This document shows, in pieces, positions 1 through 10,474 of a stretch of 64,000 bases of DNA. Numbering within the stretch: position 1 is the stretch's first letter; each line of letters opens with the position of its first letter. The stretch covers positions 1-64,000 of IMG/VR virus record IMGVR_UViG_3300001041_000002. One strand, given 5' to 3'. This stretch comes from a virus. The notes beneath the pieces are model-generated. The model was not told the DNA's origin. It searched no databases and was given only the letters and a program-made list of their open reading frames with translations. The translations under genes and the position numbers were made by a program.

Positions 1-522
1 AATGCCACCATAGTCAATTGAACTCACGTATGGCGATGAGAACGACACCTCTGGAACAGCATCAAATAAGGTAGCGTCTTGATCAGAATAACCATCTGAT
101 ATAATATTTATATGCCGAAGTTGATTAACTCCATCAACCCAATATACTTTTTGAATATCGTCGGACTCATAATACACTTCCGTTTCAATAAAATTATCAG
201 TACTGAAATTTAGAGATCCTGAGTATAACTCTACTCCTTCGTATGTTGTTAAATTAATTCTAGTTATAATATCTACACTATTATTATCTGTACTGAACGT
301 TATTAGATAATCATTCAGTACGGCATGACCAATGATAACCTGATCAACTGGTAGTGTATATACCAGAACATTACCGTTATCGTTTGATACAGATCCAGTA
401 GTGCCATTATCAGTGGCCATTATCCTGATGTTTCCAGCATCAAAATAAAACTCAGGAGATCTCTTTGATTTAGTTATATCCTGATTGATTCCTCTATATG
501 AAAGTTTTGCTTTTTTAAGCAT
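1..522 (-). CDS. Muzzle / tail stabilization protein, N-terminal part (runs off the window)
   Basis: Not in the ORF track. ATG at 522 reads MLKKAKLSYRGINQDITKSKRSPEFYFDAGNIRIMATDNG..., resembling crAss-like muzzle N-termini; follows the ring-protein gene as in crAss-like gene order. Confidence 0.75.
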   Translation of the reverse strand, partial: MLKKAKLSYRGINQDITKSKRSPEFYFDAGNIRIMATDNGTTGSVSNDNGNVLVYTLPVDQVIIGHAVLNDYLITFSTDNNSVDIITRINLTTYEGVELYSGSLNFSTDNFIETEVYYESDDIQKVYWVDGVNQLRHINIISDGYSDQDATLFDAVPEVSFSSPYVSSIDYGGI

Positions 523-765
523 AATTATATATGTCTCTTAAGTTTTCTTAGATACTTAATATTTTTGCGAATATCTTTTTTGCCAATAACGACACTTTTC
601 ACAATAATCGTATTCACAAGATCAGACTTACAATCACTTGGAGTCTCGAAATTTTGTGAAAACTCAACATTAGCATCTCTAAACATTTTATCAAATCTAC
701 TATTTTTAGAGAATGAGTTTGTACTTAGAGTTAATAAAAATAACAATATTATAAATTTAATCATA

Positions 766-1503
766 TTATCGTATATTACGAAGATACTCTTTATCACCAA
801 GATTTCTAAATCCATCCTGTTGAAAATCTTCATTCCACATCAACCTGTGAGCAGCGTTGCTAATAGATTGTCTTTCATCAAGACTGACATTCATAACTGA
901 ATTCTGAGCCTGTGCTATATACCACATATATTCAGCCTTAGACTCCTCAAAAACAGACTTTGATAACTTATCTATCTCATACAGCCCTCGAAAATGTTCT
1001 TGCTTTATATAGGCTAAAATGGCCTTATATAAGGATGTATTTGTTGGGAGCATAATGATACCATCATCATCTGTATATAATGTTTTAAATGCAACTTCTA
1101 GAAGGCCTTTTTCGAATGATGTATAAACCCAGTCACCCTGATTCTTCCAAGTATCCATCTGAGTATTTTTTGTGTAGCTTTCAGGATACTTGTTATATGA
1201 CGGATGGAATGTATCGGTAGCGTATGTCATAGATGAGTATTGTAAATTACCAAGACTACCACCACCAGATACTCTTCGGCATTGCTCTATTCTTATTATA
1301 CCATTAGGTAGCTTCCCTCTATGATTGCTGATTATAACAGTTTGCCTATCGTCTTTATATAAGTCGTAACTACCAACAAGGCCCATCACATCTACAGCCC
1401 ACCTTACAGCAGACTCGTACGATAGGTCTCTCATTGATGGATATTGCATCAATCCATCTACAACTTCTTTAACTGAAACGTAATTATTGATATTTGTTTC
1501 CAT
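766..1503 (-). CDS. Tail ring (tail tubular) protein
   Basis: 245 aa; sits between the IHF-like gene and the muzzle gene, the usual crAss-like position. Confidence 0.7.
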   Translation of the reverse strand: METNINNYVSVKEVVDGLMQYPSMRDLSYESAVRWAVDVMGLVGSYDLYKDDRQTVIISNHRGKLPNGIIRIEQCRRVSGGGSLGNLQYSSMTYATDTFHPSYNKYPESYTKNTQMDTWKNQGDWVYTSFEKGLLEVAFKTLYTDDDGIIMLPTNTSLYKAILAYIKQEHFRGLYEIDKLSKSVFEESKAEYMWYIAQAQNSVMNVSLDERQSISNAAHRLMWNEDFQQDGFRNLGDKEYLRNIR

Positions 1504-2014
1504 CTGAAAATTTAGGTTTTTCTACTAATGCATCTAATTCAAACCCTCCAAATATTTTCCTAGCCAGCTCCCTCTTAATCCATCTATTAACTTGAACGCT
1601 ATAGACAGATTTGTTTTTGAACGTAGCATAAAATCTATTAAAGGCAATCTTATAGATGTATCCATTAGAATGTTTATTGAGATATCTAACCAACTTCTTC
1701 TGCTCCTTAGCCTCTGGATACTCTGCCCACAAGTCCATCGTTGCTTTGAAATTTATTGGTCTATTTGTAACTGCCTTGCCATCCTTATAATCAACGAACT
1801 CCTTCTTTTTTGTTATAGATAAAACACCCATTCTTGACGGCATCTTAAATGAATAGCCATCTAATATCTTCTCACCAATAGCAAGATTGAGGTCTTTAAG
1901 TATGTTCCCAAAATCTGTCCGATTAAGAGTTCCACCATTCTTAACATAATAGGTATAATACTCATTGGCGCCAAAGTCACTATGTACCTTATGATTGCGA
2001 GTCTGTACTGTCAT
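1484..2014 (-). CDS. IHF/HU-like DNA-binding protein
   Basis: 'ILDGYSFKMPSRMGVLSITKK' HU-like arm; usual crAss-like position. Confidence 0.65.
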   Translation of the reverse strand: MTVQTRNHKVHSDFGANEYYTYYVKNGGTLNRTDFGNILKDLNLAIGEKILDGYSFKMPSRMGVLSITKKKEFVDYKDGKAVTNRPINFKATMDLWAEYPEAKEQKKLVRYLNKHSNGYIYKIAFNRFYATFKNKSVYSVQVNRWIKRELARKIFGGFELDALVEKPKFSDGNKYQ

Positions 2015-2666
2015 TTATTTTGTCTTCTGGTTGATTAATCATTCCCGAAAGCTTTTTAACTATTAAGTCCGTTAAAATAGTTATCATATCTTCCTCAATG
2101 TGATATGGAGCATCCCAATAGTCAACAGCAGCGTTATAATAAATTGTCTCTGGGTATGCTGCTTCGGGATCTTCAGTGACGTAACTTAATTTGACATTTT
2201 CAAGCAGTTTAACCGCAGGGTTATTTGATGTAAAGTATAGTCTAAAATCACTCCCGATAGTTACATAAATATGATTGGCGACCCACTTATTTTGACCTAC
2301 GAATGGGAATCTATCTGCTGATACTAATGTAAAATTAATGTCTGTATATGAACCACTATTAATCCTCAAGTTGGATTTAAAATTGAATGGTTCTAGTGGA
2401 TTAACTATCGGATCTGATGTGCGTAAGATAGTTCCTATACCATCGACAAACTCATTCTCCTTAGATAATTCTAGTGTTTTATAGAAATGTTGTCTAAGTT
2501 TCTGTGGAATTATATATGATCTATTTGAGAACTTCTGAGCCAATAACATTGCTCGTCCATTCTTTACCAAAAAGGCAATGTACTCCAACGACACATCTGC
2601 GTCATCAGAGTACAGTTTAAGATTTTCTTTGATCGAATAAACGATCTCCCTAAGTGTTGTTGCCAT
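1989..2666 (-). CDS. Tail ring protein
   Basis: 225 aa; 'TLREIVYSI' N-terminus and 'PEDKINDS' C-terminus resemble crAss-like ring proteins. Confidence 0.65.
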   Translation of the reverse strand: MATTLREIVYSIKENLKLYSDDADVSLEYIAFLVKNGRAMLLAQKFSNRSYIIPQKLRQHFYKTLELSKENEFVDGIGTILRTSDPIVNPLEPFNFKSNLRINSGSYTDINFTLVSADRFPFVGQNKWVANHIYVTIGSDFRLYFTSNNPAVKLLENVKLSYVTEDPEAAYPETIYYNAAVDYWDAPYHIEEDMITILTDLIVKKLSGMINQPEDKINDSTDSQS

Positions 2667-2668
2667 TA

Positions 2669-3625
2669 TTATCTACCTGTGCTTATTAAAAGATTTTTCT
2701 TTATTTCTTTGGGAACGATTGATGTCCTCATTCTATTAAGCGCACCACATTCACATCTATATGTTTCATATTTACCAGTCTGCGTATAATAGTTTCCAAC
2801 GTAAGATAAATGCGATCCACCACAATTTGCACATACTGGCTCAGTAGATTCGACGTATAAACCAACGTTTGGATGAGCTTTGATCCAAGGCCTAAGTCTC
2901 AAATAAACTTCCTCAAGTAGCTCAACATCATGACGATTGTATATTTCCATGTACTTAAGGGATTCATCATCACCCTTCATACACCTATCCCATAGGCTAA
3001 AATCAGTATCCAGTTTAACATCAAATCCAAAATATCCAGCAAGTGCATCCAGCTTATTTGAACTAAACCCAAATTGTTTTGAGGCAATCACCTTTGTGTC
3101 AATACTTTGGTATGGAGTTGTTGGTGGAAGTCCATTTAATAAAAATCTAGCATTAAGTTTCTTTTCGTCAAAAGCTAGACCATTGTGTGCAACTACTATG
3201 TCGGCTTCATTAATTAAATTCCATATTGAAGCAGTAATTCTTTTATCATCTTCTGCCAACGCTTCAGCACCAGTTAATCTATCAGACATAACGTCTGGCG
3301 AAAATAAAAATTTTGCACTCCACGAAAGCATGAACCATTCTGATATGGTTTGATCTAAATAAATATTTTGTTTCCATCTAGACCAGATATACGCACGAAG
3401 TGGGCTCGTTTCGATATCAAATATTAATATCTTGGGCAATCTTGGACTTGTAACCTTATTTATATAGCCATAAGCAATTGTTTTCCTGGCTATTTTCTTT
3501 GCAGTCACTACATCTTCTGCTGTTGCTGATAGGTACTTAGCTAGCTTGTTTCGACCCATATCAAGCATATACCGCCTATTTAAGAACTCTTCAACCAACC
3601 TTTGCACCTCTCTGTTATCTTCCAT
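2669..3625 (-). CDS. DnaQ/RNase H-like 3'-5' exonuclease with C-terminal zinc ribbon
   Basis: FDIET, HNGxxFD and YNRHD exonuclease motifs; CANC...CEC. Confidence 0.8.
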   Translation of the reverse strand: MEDNREVQRLVEEFLNRRYMLDMGRNKLAKYLSATAEDVVTAKKIARKTIAYGYINKVTSPRLPKILIFDIETSPLRAYIWSRWKQNIYLDQTISEWFMLSWSAKFLFSPDVMSDRLTGAEALAEDDKRITASIWNLINEADIVVAHNGLAFDEKKLNARFLLNGLPPTTPYQSIDTKVIASKQFGFSSNKLDALAGYFGFDVKLDTDFSLWDRCMKGDDESLKYMEIYNRHDVELLEEVYLRLRPWIKAHPNVGLYVESTEPVCANCGGSHLSYVGNYYTQTGKYETYRCECGALNRMRTSIVPKEIKKNLLISTGR

Positions 3626-3662
3626 AAATCATTTAATATTAATTAATAATAAATATATGTTA

Positions 3663-3670
3663 CAAAAGTA
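3663..3670 (-). promoter_or_regulatory. Bacteroidota-type -7 promoter element
   Basis: TACTTTTG (TAnnTTTG) just upstream of the exonuclease gene. Confidence 0.55.
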
Positions 3671-3677
3671 ATCAATA

Positions 3678-4562
3678 TTATTGATTATACAACATCTTAC
3701 ATCCCTTTTTAAAATTATCAATAGCCCACAATGGCTGTAGATTTGTATAATGACATAATTTCATTAATTCTTCTTCACTATTTGCTGATGATAGTGGTAT
3801 TATATGATCAATGTGCCACTTGCCATGATTTTCCCAATTCATTCCATCTGTAAATAGAGACCCAATATGATTAAGTGCGGTTTCATAATCGCATCCAAGC
3901 ATTTCTTTTGTTTTATTATTTTTATTCCATTTACTATGTTTAAATGCATCTATAGTTCTAATTCTTAAATTAACGGATAATTTAAATAATGGATCTAACT
4001 TTCTTCTAGTCCTAAAATATTTTCTCCTTTGAACCCTGATCATTTCAGAATTTTCCGACTTATATTCTTTAATTCTATCTGAATTGATTTTGTTGTACTT
4101 TCTAGATTTTTCATTTAACATTTCTTTATTCAATTTACGATATTCTTTAAAATATGCCGAGAGCTTATCTTTATTTAATTTCGCATATTCTTTTGCATAT
4201 TGCAATCTTTCTGCTTTATTTTTTAAATAATCGATTTTAGATCTATTATTAATTTTTTCTCTATTGTTGTTACAATAAATCTTAGACTTTTCAGATAAAA
4301 TTAATTTATTCTTCTCTCTATATATCCTATTGTTCTCAGCTATTCTATTTTTATTTTTTAAACAATATTCCTTATACTTAATCTTATCAATTTCTTTTTC
4401 CTCTTCTGTCTTGTTTCTATTTATAATAGAATGTTTTTGATTATAAACATTTGTACATGTTCTACATTGATAAGCCAACCCGTCTTTTGTTGACTTTCTT
4501 TTATTAAAATCAGAAACACTTTTGACCTCTCCACACTTTGAGCATTTTTTAACATCACTCAT
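3678..4562 (-). CDS. HNH homing endonuclease with N-terminal zinc finger
   Basis: CSKC...CRTC, Lys/Arg-rich helical repeats, 'WHIDHIIPL...HYTNLQPLWAIDN'. Confidence 0.85.
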   Translation of the reverse strand: MSDVKKCSKCGEVKSVSDFNKRKSTKDGLAYQCRTCTNVYNQKHSIINRNKTEEEKEIDKIKYKEYCLKNKNRIAENNRIYREKNKLILSEKSKIYCNNNREKINNRSKIDYLKNKAERLQYAKEYAKLNKDKLSAYFKEYRKLNKEMLNEKSRKYNKINSDRIKEYKSENSEMIRVQRRKYFRTRRKLDPLFKLSVNLRIRTIDAFKHSKWNKNNKTKEMLGCDYETALNHIGSLFTDGMNWENHGKWHIDHIIPLSSANSEEELMKLCHYTNLQPLWAIDNFKKGCKMLYNQ

Positions 4563-4584
4563 TTTTGTATTTTAATATTCTCTA

Positions 4585-4592
4585 CAAAAATA
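4585..4592 (-). promoter_or_regulatory. Bacteroidota-type -7 promoter element
   Basis: TATTTTTG upstream of the HNH gene. Confidence 0.5.
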
Positions 4593-4608
4593 AGCATTAT
4601 ATTTCAAT

Positions 4609-4643
4609 AAAAAAAGGGATGATACCAAAATGATACCATCCCT
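4609..4643 (-). terminator. Intrinsic terminator
   Basis: AGGGATGGTATCA-TTT-TGGTATCATCCCT followed by a T run, after the auxiliary capsid gene. Confidence 0.8.
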
Positions 4644-4678
4644 GAAATAATTATTGTATATGAGAGAGTAAGGTTAGA

Positions 4679-5995
4679 TTATACCCCAGAAGCTCCTGGT
4701 TCCCAATCTGTGTTAGCGTCAACGTAAGTCAACTGTTCTCCATCACTAACTCCAGTAAGATCGACATCGCTAAGATCTCCAAGAGCAATTGCTGGCAAGT
4801 CTCCAAGTACTAATGAGTGGCTATACAGTTCGTATAATGCATTATAAACACTTGTTGCTACACCACTAGTTGAACATGCAATCTGCAGTACTTTCTGAGA
4901 TGGATGTCCAGATACGGTATTAACATCTTCGACAGCCTGAGAAAATTCTACATTAACAATATAGTAGTTTGTGCTTGTAACTGAGTTATATACAGCGTCA
5001 AAGTTATTTGGATAACCCATGCCACGATAGAAATCTCCAGTATGACCTTTAGTGAAGTTCTCCAACCTGCGGATATTTTTACCTTCTCCTGGGCTAGATA
5101 CGCGACCAACATTAGTTACGGTTATTGCAGATTGTTGATCAAAAGATGTTCCATCAAGAACATTAATCCCAACTTTAAAGTTGATATCATAACCCTGAAG
5201 TTTCATGTCAGTCATAGACTGTTCTTTGGCTATAATATAAATTTTAGGAGTTGCACCATCAAGTTTAATGAAATCAAACCAAGGATTGCCATTCAAATAC
5301 TCTGCAGTTGTAGCAGTTATCTCTGTTGACCAATCTGTTTTAGGTGTTCCTGCGATGAGAACAAATGTTGCGGCAGTTTTATCTAAAACAGTATAAGCTG
5401 CGCCATTAGCGATAACCCAAATAATGTCTCCATTAGTTAGAGATGCTTTACCTGCAATAACAGCGGCCTCAGTTGTCCACACACTAGCATAACCAGTTTT
5501 GAAGTTTACATACTTAGATGAAGCTCCTTCGGCTTTACTGAATTCAAAACTTAAAGATTTAATTAACCCTTCAGTTACAGTGTCTACTGTATCTCCGGTG
5601 ACAAACGTATGAAAGAATGGAGCCGGATATTCATCATAAACAGATTGACTTCCGTAATTCTGAACACGAACCAACCCTTCGTAAACATCACCTGCAGCTA
5701 AACCAGAGACAGACACATCAAATGACGCATATGCTGGGACAACTGTTACTGGATCTGATTTGGTTACGGATTTAATTTGACCAGCTTTAAGCGTGTCAGA
5801 TGAGCGAAGGCGACCGTTAGCTTCCTTCCACAATACATATGCGTCTTCCCCGTAGGCAGCAGCAGCAGTACCATCTTTTTTCAAAACAGCAACTTCACTA
5901 GCAGACGCAGATGCAATAAATGTTGCAGCAGTTGTTTCGCTGGCGTAGCCTGTTGCGATAAACAAGTCCCTCACGGGAGTACTAAATGTTGACAT
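4679..5995 (-). CDS. Auxiliary capsid (structural) protein
   Basis: 'IRRLENFTKGHTGDFYRGMGYPNN' resembles crAss-like auxiliary capsid proteins; position downstream of the MCP. Confidence 0.65.
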   Translation of the reverse strand: MSTFSTPVRDLFIATGYASETTAATFIASASASEVAVLKKDGTAAAAYGEDAYVLWKEANGRLRSSDTLKAGQIKSVTKSDPVTVVPAYASFDVSVSGLAAGDVYEGLVRVQNYGSQSVYDEYPAPFFHTFVTGDTVDTVTEGLIKSLSFEFSKAEGASSKYVNFKTGYASVWTTEAAVIAGKASLTNGDIIWVIANGAAYTVLDKTAATFVLIAGTPKTDWSTEITATTAEYLNGNPWFDFIKLDGATPKIYIIAKEQSMTDMKLQGYDINFKVGINVLDGTSFDQQSAITVTNVGRVSSPGEGKNIRRLENFTKGHTGDFYRGMGYPNNFDAVYNSVTSTNYYIVNVEFSQAVEDVNTVSGHPSQKVLQIACSTSGVATSVYNALYELYSHSLVLGDLPAIALGDLSDVDLTGVSDGEQLTYVDANTDWEPGASGV

Positions 5996-6019
5996 AATTC
6001 TAGAGTTTAAAAATTAAAC

Positions 6020-6751
6020 TTAATTGTTTCTATTATTTAATTGGATATTATTTCCTAATGTATTTTCTTTGTAAGCCATTGTGGCTAATTCTACAGCTCT
6101 TTTTAATATTAATCTATGAGCCTCGCTGTTGAGAGCGCAATTTGTTGTTGTATTAATTCCATTTATTGAAAGGCCATATCCAGGAAATTCAGTATCAAAG
6201 TCTGATAAAATTATTGGAGTTGGCTCTACAAGATACCTGTATGTATAAGATGTCGGCGTGACTGTTGTTATAATTTCAACAACTTTATCAGTCGTCTCAG
6301 TATTTTTGACATCAATCCTCCAAGCCTTCTTACTGTTGGGTTCTTTAAATGGATTACCCTCATTCATACTATACTGATCAAGTGCAGTTGGCACTATATA
6401 TAGTCTCGACGTAGCAGTATTAATCCTTTCATAAGTTATATACCAAACATCGTCCTCGATCTTAAAAAACCTCGAATTACTTGATATTTTAATGTCAGAT
6501 AAAGAAGAATTTAGCACTGAATTATATTGAGATACTTGTGGAATAGAGAGCTCGTCTAAACGTCTCCTAATCATCTCAGATGACTCGAACGATGTCTTGC
6601 TCTTTTTATCTGAATATGCCTCTTTAATAATCTCCTCCTGAGCTTGAGTTAAAAATAAACTCTTCTCATATGAGTTAATCTCTGGAGCACTATTACTTAG
6701 AGCATTATTATATAGTAAATCAAATTCAGCGCTAAAATCTGTTGTTGTCAT
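6020..6751 (-). CDS. Tail ring protein
   Basis: 'EFDLLYNN...SYEKSLFLTQAQEE...HRLILKRAVELA', typical of crAss-like ring proteins. Confidence 0.75.
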   Translation of the reverse strand: MTTTDFSAEFDLLYNNALSNSAPEINSYEKSLFLTQAQEEIIKEAYSDKKSKTSFESSEMIRRRLDELSIPQVSQYNSVLNSSLSDIKISSNSRFFKIEDDVWYITYERINTATSRLYIVPTALDQYSMNEGNPFKEPNSKKAWRIDVKNTETTDKVVEIITTVTPTSYTYRYLVEPTPIILSDFDTEFPGYGLSINGINTTTNCALNSEAHRLILKRAVELATMAYKENTLGNNIQLNNRNN

Positions 6752-6753
6752 AA

Positions 6754-7593
6754 TTAGTCTTTCGCAATTTTAATTCTTGCTTCTAACTCTAGGCGTAAGT
6801 CCTGATTCATTGGACTAGCTAGATATTCAGCAGCAGTCTGTTCATTTGCTTTACCTTCATTACATAATTTTCTTCCAGTCTTAACATCGGTGTATTCACC
6901 AGACTTTTCTGTAATTATTCCAAGTTCAAATGCGGTGTTGATAATAACCTTTTCATCTAACAGTGGATCTTGAAGTAATAAATTAAACTTAGCGTGTTTC
7001 TTTCCAAGTATGTCTAAGAATTTTGTTTGTGCATCAACAAGACTGGTTTCTCTACTAATTATCCTACCCTCAATATTTCTGTAAAGATAAGCTAAGATAT
7101 CCCTACTATTCTGCACCCTACCAAAATTGATGTAAGCTTTCTGTTGTCCATCAAGTTGAGTCTTCTTAGAAGTAACTTCGTCATCAGAATTATAAATACA
7201 CCACTGATAAGTTGCTCTCTTTGTTAAGTCTGCTGGATTAGTACATATCTTCGCAGTGTAGTGATGAAGAGCTTTATATTGCAGCATTTGCATTGGGTCT
7301 GAAAGATCGAGAGTCATATCTTCTTTTGTTAAAGATATCCCGAAGTTTTCCCAATATTCTTTATTTGATGATGATATGTCTTCTCCTAACATTTTAGAGA
7401 AAGCCACTGATTCATCTTTAGTTAAAAAATCTTTTACCGTACCAGTACTATTCATGGGTGGGCCAAATCTAGTGTAAGTACCCTGCATTTTACCACCCTC
7501 TAAAACGTGTCCAGGTTGGTTATTAAATCCTCCTTTTCGTCCAACAAATTTAACAGTAACTTTTTTGTTCTGTAAATAATCTTTTTCTTCCAT
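6754..7593 (-). CDS. Conserved crAss-like protein immediately downstream of the MCP
   Basis: 279 aa; 'LDLSDPMQMLQYK' and 'AAEYLASPMNQD'; conserved position. Confidence 0.6.
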   Translation of the reverse strand: MEEKDYLQNKKVTVKFVGRKGGFNNQPGHVLEGGKMQGTYTRFGPPMNSTGTVKDFLTKDESVAFSKMLGEDISSSNKEYWENFGISLTKEDMTLDLSDPMQMLQYKALHHYTAKICTNPADLTKRATYQWCIYNSDDEVTSKKTQLDGQQKAYINFGRVQNSRDILAYLYRNIEGRIISRETSLVDAQTKFLDILGKKHAKFNLLLQDPLLDEKVIINTAFELGIITEKSGEYTDVKTGRKLCNEGKANEQTAAEYLASPMNQDLRLELEARIKIAKD

Positions 7594-7618
7594 AAAAAAA
7601 ATTTAAAATTAAAACTAA

Positions 7619-7650
7619 GTTGCCGGAGAGAATTGTATCTCCCCAGCAGC
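7619..7650 (-). terminator. Hairpin / probable terminator after the MCP
   Basis: GCTGCTGGGGAGA...TCTCTCCGGCAAC followed by T-rich sequence. Confidence 0.6.
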
Positions 7651-7667
7651 AAAGTTAGTAATTTTTA

Positions 7668-9203
7668 TTAAGATGCCAAATCGTATGGCAAAATAGTTAT
7701 AGTACGAGACGGATCGCGAACAATACAACCAAGAATAGCTTTCTTGTGAACTACTGCAGCATCCTCGTCTGTAGAAGCATACTGAATGTTTTCAGCTCCT
7801 GTGAATGGATTTGCAAATGGCCCTGATTGGTATCCACGGAAGTCCCCTTCGTATCCACGAATCTTAACGATCTGAATATTTGGAGCACCCATACCACCAT
7901 CAAGTTTACCTGCGTAGAAGATATCGTAACGATAAGACTCAGCTACACCCTTTGAAGGATCACCATCTTTGTATTGTTTGTTACGAACTTTATCATCATA
8001 CATTGGATCAACTTCAACTTTAATAACTACGCCATTAGGTGCTTTATATTCTGTGAATTGATATCCAAAGCTGAGAGCGTTATCGTGCAACGGACTCTGA
8101 GTTTTAGTGATGATAGCTGGGTTATTGGCATTACCACCAAGATAACCAAACGAATGCCATCCAGAAGCAATCTCCTGACAAGCTTTATTGAACTGAGCAG
8201 CTCCACGTTCACCAGTCTTCAAAATGAAAGTACGGTTGTCCATACCTAATTTTGATTCTGACAATTGATACAGAGCGTCTTCAATAACTTTTAGTTTGAA
8301 TGTAGAGTAGTAGTGAGTATATGAAACTTCCATTTGCTCACGAATACCGGCACCCTGTTTGATTACGTTTCCAGACTTACCAACATTCTGATATTGACCC
8401 CATTCGTCACGGTTGCTTTTGGCAAACATCAACAGACGATTTTTGTCAGCAGAAAATTCGGCTTCTAATTGATAATCCACATAGTGCATCCACATTGGGA
8501 ATAGTTTCGGTGCGCCACCATTAACTGGGGCTACTGGAATCGGAGTAACAACCTTACGTTTAAGCATCGAACCATAGACTTTATGCTGAATACGAAGATG
8601 TGAGAACTCATTACGCATAGCCAATGGAGATGCAAAATGCAAATCACCAACCTTACGAGATCCTTCAGATTCTACTGGAGAGAATTCTTTAGAGAAACGT
8701 TTACCAGACACCAACTCTTCACCAGGCATTCCATTAGGATTCACACCCATCAGTTCGACTGTGTAAACAGCATTGGTTCCTTCAAACCCAGGTTCACCTA
8801 AAATACGCAATGGGTAAACTTCGTTTTTTTCACCGACAATTACGTCGCCATCTGAAAACCAGTTTTCTCCAAATACTAATTTAAAACTTGAACCAGCAGC
8901 GCCTACATTAAATGTAGCAGCGGTTACAGTACTAGCACCAACGCGAGCCTCAACAAGCTGTAGGTTGCGAGCAGATGATCCAATAAGTTCCCATGTGAAT
9001 TCATCGTCTGACTCCAATACTAATGTTGGAAATTGAGATAATGTTTCTTCAAGAGATTTCCCACGATTGTAGGCCAACAGTTGAACCATATTGCCACCAA
9101 TTTTTTGTGGCTGACGCTGAAATATTGCACCAAGGTGATTCTCTGCTGAGATCAACCCCTTGAAATATTTGGCGTCGTACATCTGAAATTTTTGTAGTTT
9201 CAT
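7668..9203 (-). CDS. Major capsid protein
   Basis: 511 aa; 'GLISAENHLG', 'GAGIREQME' and 'KVEVDPMYDD' match crAss-like MCPs. Confidence 0.9.
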   Translation of the reverse strand: MKLQKFQMYDAKYFKGLISAENHLGAIFQRQPQKIGGNMVQLLAYNRGKSLEETLSQFPTLVLESDDEFTWELIGSSARNLQLVEARVGASTVTAATFNVGAAGSSFKLVFGENWFSDGDVIVGEKNEVYPLRILGEPGFEGTNAVYTVELMGVNPNGMPGEELVSGKRFSKEFSPVESEGSRKVGDLHFASPLAMRNEFSHLRIQHKVYGSMLKRKVVTPIPVAPVNGGAPKLFPMWMHYVDYQLEAEFSADKNRLLMFAKSNRDEWGQYQNVGKSGNVIKQGAGIREQMEVSYTHYYSTFKLKVIEDALYQLSESKLGMDNRTFILKTGERGAAQFNKACQEIASGWHSFGYLGGNANNPAIITKTQSPLHDNALSFGYQFTEYKAPNGVVIKVEVDPMYDDKVRNKQYKDGDPSKGVAESYRYDIFYAGKLDGGMGAPNIQIVKIRGYEGDFRGYQSGPFANPFTGAENIQYASTDEDAAVVHKKAILGCIVRDPSRTITILPYDLAS

Positions 9204-9221
9204 ATATTGAGCAAATTAATT

Positions 9222-10382
9222 TTATATAAATTGTATATCATCCATGTTCCATGTAGTACTTTCATCTTCATCACCGAATCCAACGGAGCCACCAGAATCT
9301 TTATGCCTCATGGCATTCTCCAAGTCTTTGAATGCATTATTCTTGGCTTTTTTATTTTCCAAAACGTCCATCTTTTTCATCCCATCAGTAACTGTAAGTA
9401 TATAAGCTAACTTAAACCTTCCATCAATTGGATTGTCGTATAGATATTTTGAGATTATATCCAGAGGTCGTTTATCTTCAGTAAAAGCTACTGGCTGTGT
9501 TAATCCTTTGACAATATTGTTTTTTAATGTTTGTGGAATTTGCATCCCTGGAATTAACTCTTTTGTTTCTTTAACAATTTTATTAAGTCTATCGATAGCA
9601 TCTTTATCGGCTTTTTCTTGAGCTTTCTTTGCTGCTATTCTATTCTGCTTATCTGCCTCAAACTGTTTCTTCTCAACTGTCTGAAGCTCTGCTAATGCCT
9701 CTGTGGCTTCACTAACATCTTCTCCTGCATCAAAAATCTTATCAACAAGCTTCTTGGCCCTAGCCTCGACAATGCCTTTTACAATAAAATTGTTTGTTAT
9801 AATTGTTCGACGAAGATCTTCTCCATCAGCAGACTCCTCTGTTAGTGCATCTTCTGTAATCGAATTGTATGCCTCGATATTCCTTTGATGAGCAGCTATC
9901 TCTTCGTGTGGAATTCCAGCTCTAAGAGCCTCTAGATATTCTTTTTGTGTATCGTCTAGATCCGCAAATTCCCTTGCTTTAATACTCTCTTCTAAAACAC
10001 TAAAAAAATCTTCCTGAGATTTTATATCCTTGTCTTCAACGTCTTCTAAAATACCCCCCTCTTTAAGAGCTTGAACTAAGGAAGAAAAAAACTTTGGACT
10101 GAGAGTAGAAGAATTCAAATCAGTATCTTTATCTGTCTTATCGCTCTTTCTAGAGGGGAGCAATACTTCTAGTTCATCTGAATCTTCAGCATCATCATCT
10201 TTATTGTCGTCGTCATCTTCGACCTCTAATTGGTCATTTTTAGGCGATTTAACAGACTTTTGTTTATCGTCTGCGCTATCGTCCACTATGTGGTCTTTCC
10301 CATCGTCTAACAGCGAATTTTCATCATACTCTAAAAAGTCTTCATCAGAGAATTCATCTGCATTAAAAATTTCCATTTTCAT
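9222..10382 (-). CDS. Putative scaffolding protein
   Basis: Highly acidic N-terminus with coiled coil, directly upstream of the MCP. Confidence 0.65.
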   Translation of the reverse strand: MKMEIFNADEFSDEDFLEYDENSLLDDGKDHIVDDSADDKQKSVKSPKNDQLEVEDDDDNKDDDAEDSDELEVLLPSRKSDKTDKDTDLNSSTLSPKFFSSLVQALKEGGILEDVEDKDIKSQEDFFSVLEESIKAREFADLDDTQKEYLEALRAGIPHEEIAAHQRNIEAYNSITEDALTEESADGEDLRRTIITNNFIVKGIVEARAKKLVDKIFDAGEDVSEATEALAELQTVEKKQFEADKQNRIAAKKAQEKADKDAIDRLNKIVKETKELIPGMQIPQTLKNNIVKGLTQPVAFTEDKRPLDIISKYLYDNPIDGRFKLAYILTVTDGMKKMDVLENKKAKNNAFKDLENAMRHKDSGGSVGFGDEDESTTWNMDDIQFI

Positions 10383-10392
10383 AATTCTTCTA

Positions 10393-10400
10393 CAAATTTA
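10393..10400 (-). promoter_or_regulatory. Bacteroidota-type -7 promoter element for the capsid operon
   Basis: TAAATTTG just upstream of the scaffold ATG. Confidence 0.6.
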
Positions 10401-10474
10401 TAACATTATAATTAATAAAAAATATATCATATACATTTTTGACATGAGTCAAGAGCTTCTATATGGCTATATTA

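Noticed and set aside
525-900. ORFs 525..833 (-) and 565..900 (+)
   Set aside because: The + ORF is antisense shadow. The - ORF overlaps the ring gene as called; a shorter version (from MIKFII) may be real, but I cannot support a function.
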